The notes under the pieces: model-generated
The model's database searches: none
Told to the model about the DNA's origin: nothing
What the model saw: only the letters and a program-made list of their open reading frames with translations
Assembly (NCBI RefSeq): GCF_018350175.1
Contig: NC_058368.1
Coordinates: 45,448,001 to 45,512,000, forward strand
Source of the DNA: Felis catus
Taxonomy: Eukaryota
Direction: 5' to 3'
DNA: 64,000 bases
Translations under genes and position numbers: made by a program
Shown here: positions 62,719 through 64,000 of the stretch, piece by piece
Numbering within the stretch: the first letter of the stretch is position 1
Layout: each line of letters starts with the position of its first letter

Positions 62719-64000
62719 AAACCTAGATTTTGGTACATGATGTGATACCTAATTACTGTGTTCTGGTGGTCATTCTTGGTAGGAGTTATAGGGAGAAACC
62801 AATTCTGGAAGATGAAATGGAATTATGTTTCTATTTTAATCATCTTTAGAGGATGGCCTGACAAGTGGCTCATATTAGGTTATAAAATGAGGATTTGGCA
62901 GGTCCATTGCCTGCAGTAGAAAGGTAAGAGAGAGATTGTTGTTATTTTTAATTGGGGTCTTAAAAGCTGAAATCTAGACCAGGTAAGGAAGAAATGCCCA
63001 CAGGTCCCATGACAGAGAGAAAGCTGTCTACCACTATCTGAAGGAAAGCAGAAATTTAGAATACTATTTAGTAGGAGATCCTTCCAGAGCGGCTTAGTTC
63101 TGTGAACACTGAGAAAAGCTACATATAATTTTGTTTCCCCATTTTTAATTCCTGTCATCCTAAAGTATTTAGTAAAATCTTGTTATAGATTATAACTTGG
63201 TTGTGGTCATCATCTGGGGAACTGACAGAAGAATCTAATATCAGTATTTGGGAAAAGCGGTATGAAAGATTAAAAAGGTCCGAGAGAGGTGAGTGTGACA
63301 TGAAAACAGATGACTTTATAAGACAAGAGTTAGTGAGGAGATGAGCTACTCTGAGGTGAATCTCTGAATTCCCAAGTCTCCAAATGGAGGATTCCCAGGA
63401 ATATCTTGGGAAAGAAATCCAATAAAGTATTCAACTCCCACCACTTAAGTGGGATGTGCATTTAAAGGGTACATGACATGAAAAGTTGACGAATTCTGGG
63501 ATGCAGGTTTACCAAAATAATGTGTAGAGTACATAATGAGTTAAATGAGTATGACACAATTATTGGATTCATCATATAACACTAAAAAGTACAAAGAAAG
63601 TCTCTGTATTTTTCTGTAAATGATCTTATCTTATACTTCATTAGCTTGAAAGCAAGGGACATCAGAACAGCTGAAGCTGATACTCTCCATTGGAACCAAT
63701 AATTTAAACATGTCCTTGGACATTCAGTTGCTTGAAAGACTTGATCTTTCAGAATCCCATTTCTTCTCTGTTTCTTTCTGACTTCATATCTGGGTATAAA
63801 TTAGATAGCTAGGTGGTAATGATAAATGTGGCTTATGAGACTCAGCTTGGGTTGCTCCTTAATGCCATCAGTTAACCATGGATGTATGAATAGTTATCAG
63901 GAAACATGCCTATACCCATGGCCTTAGATCAAGGCACCAATAATTTCTCTTTGATGTTGAAGTTCCTAAATAAGGGTCATTTCAACTCCAGACTTTTGTT

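Overview
Mammalian (felid) genomic DNA: AT-rich, dense in carnivore tRNA-derived SINEs (CanSINE/SINEC_Fc-like), old L1/L2/MIR/DNA-transposon fossils and microsatellites; I could not recognise any host protein-coding exon. The dominant feature is a 6,913-bp RD-114-related gammaretroviral provirus (9000-15912, + strand) with two 435-bp LTRs that look identical by eye, a tRNA-Gly PBS, an intact GACG-tetraloop packaging signal and a PPT. Its coding region is defective. gag has a frameshifting deletion, a ~320-bp extremely GC-rich non-viral cassette replacing the end of p12 and the N-terminal half of capsid in frame, and a TGG>TGA stop in the NC zinc knuckle. pol is open for PR-RT-RNaseH-IN core but has a +1 frameshift before the IN C-terminal domain. 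env carries a large internal deletion leaving a short, signal-peptide-bearing, TM-less product. The cassette contains a block resembling the conserved core of mammalian pre-rRNA ITS2, so this looks like a young, helper-mobilised defective retrovirus that transduced a nucleolar spacer RNA. Family assignments rest on my recollection of reference sequences, not on database searches, and repeat boundaries outside the provirus are approximate.
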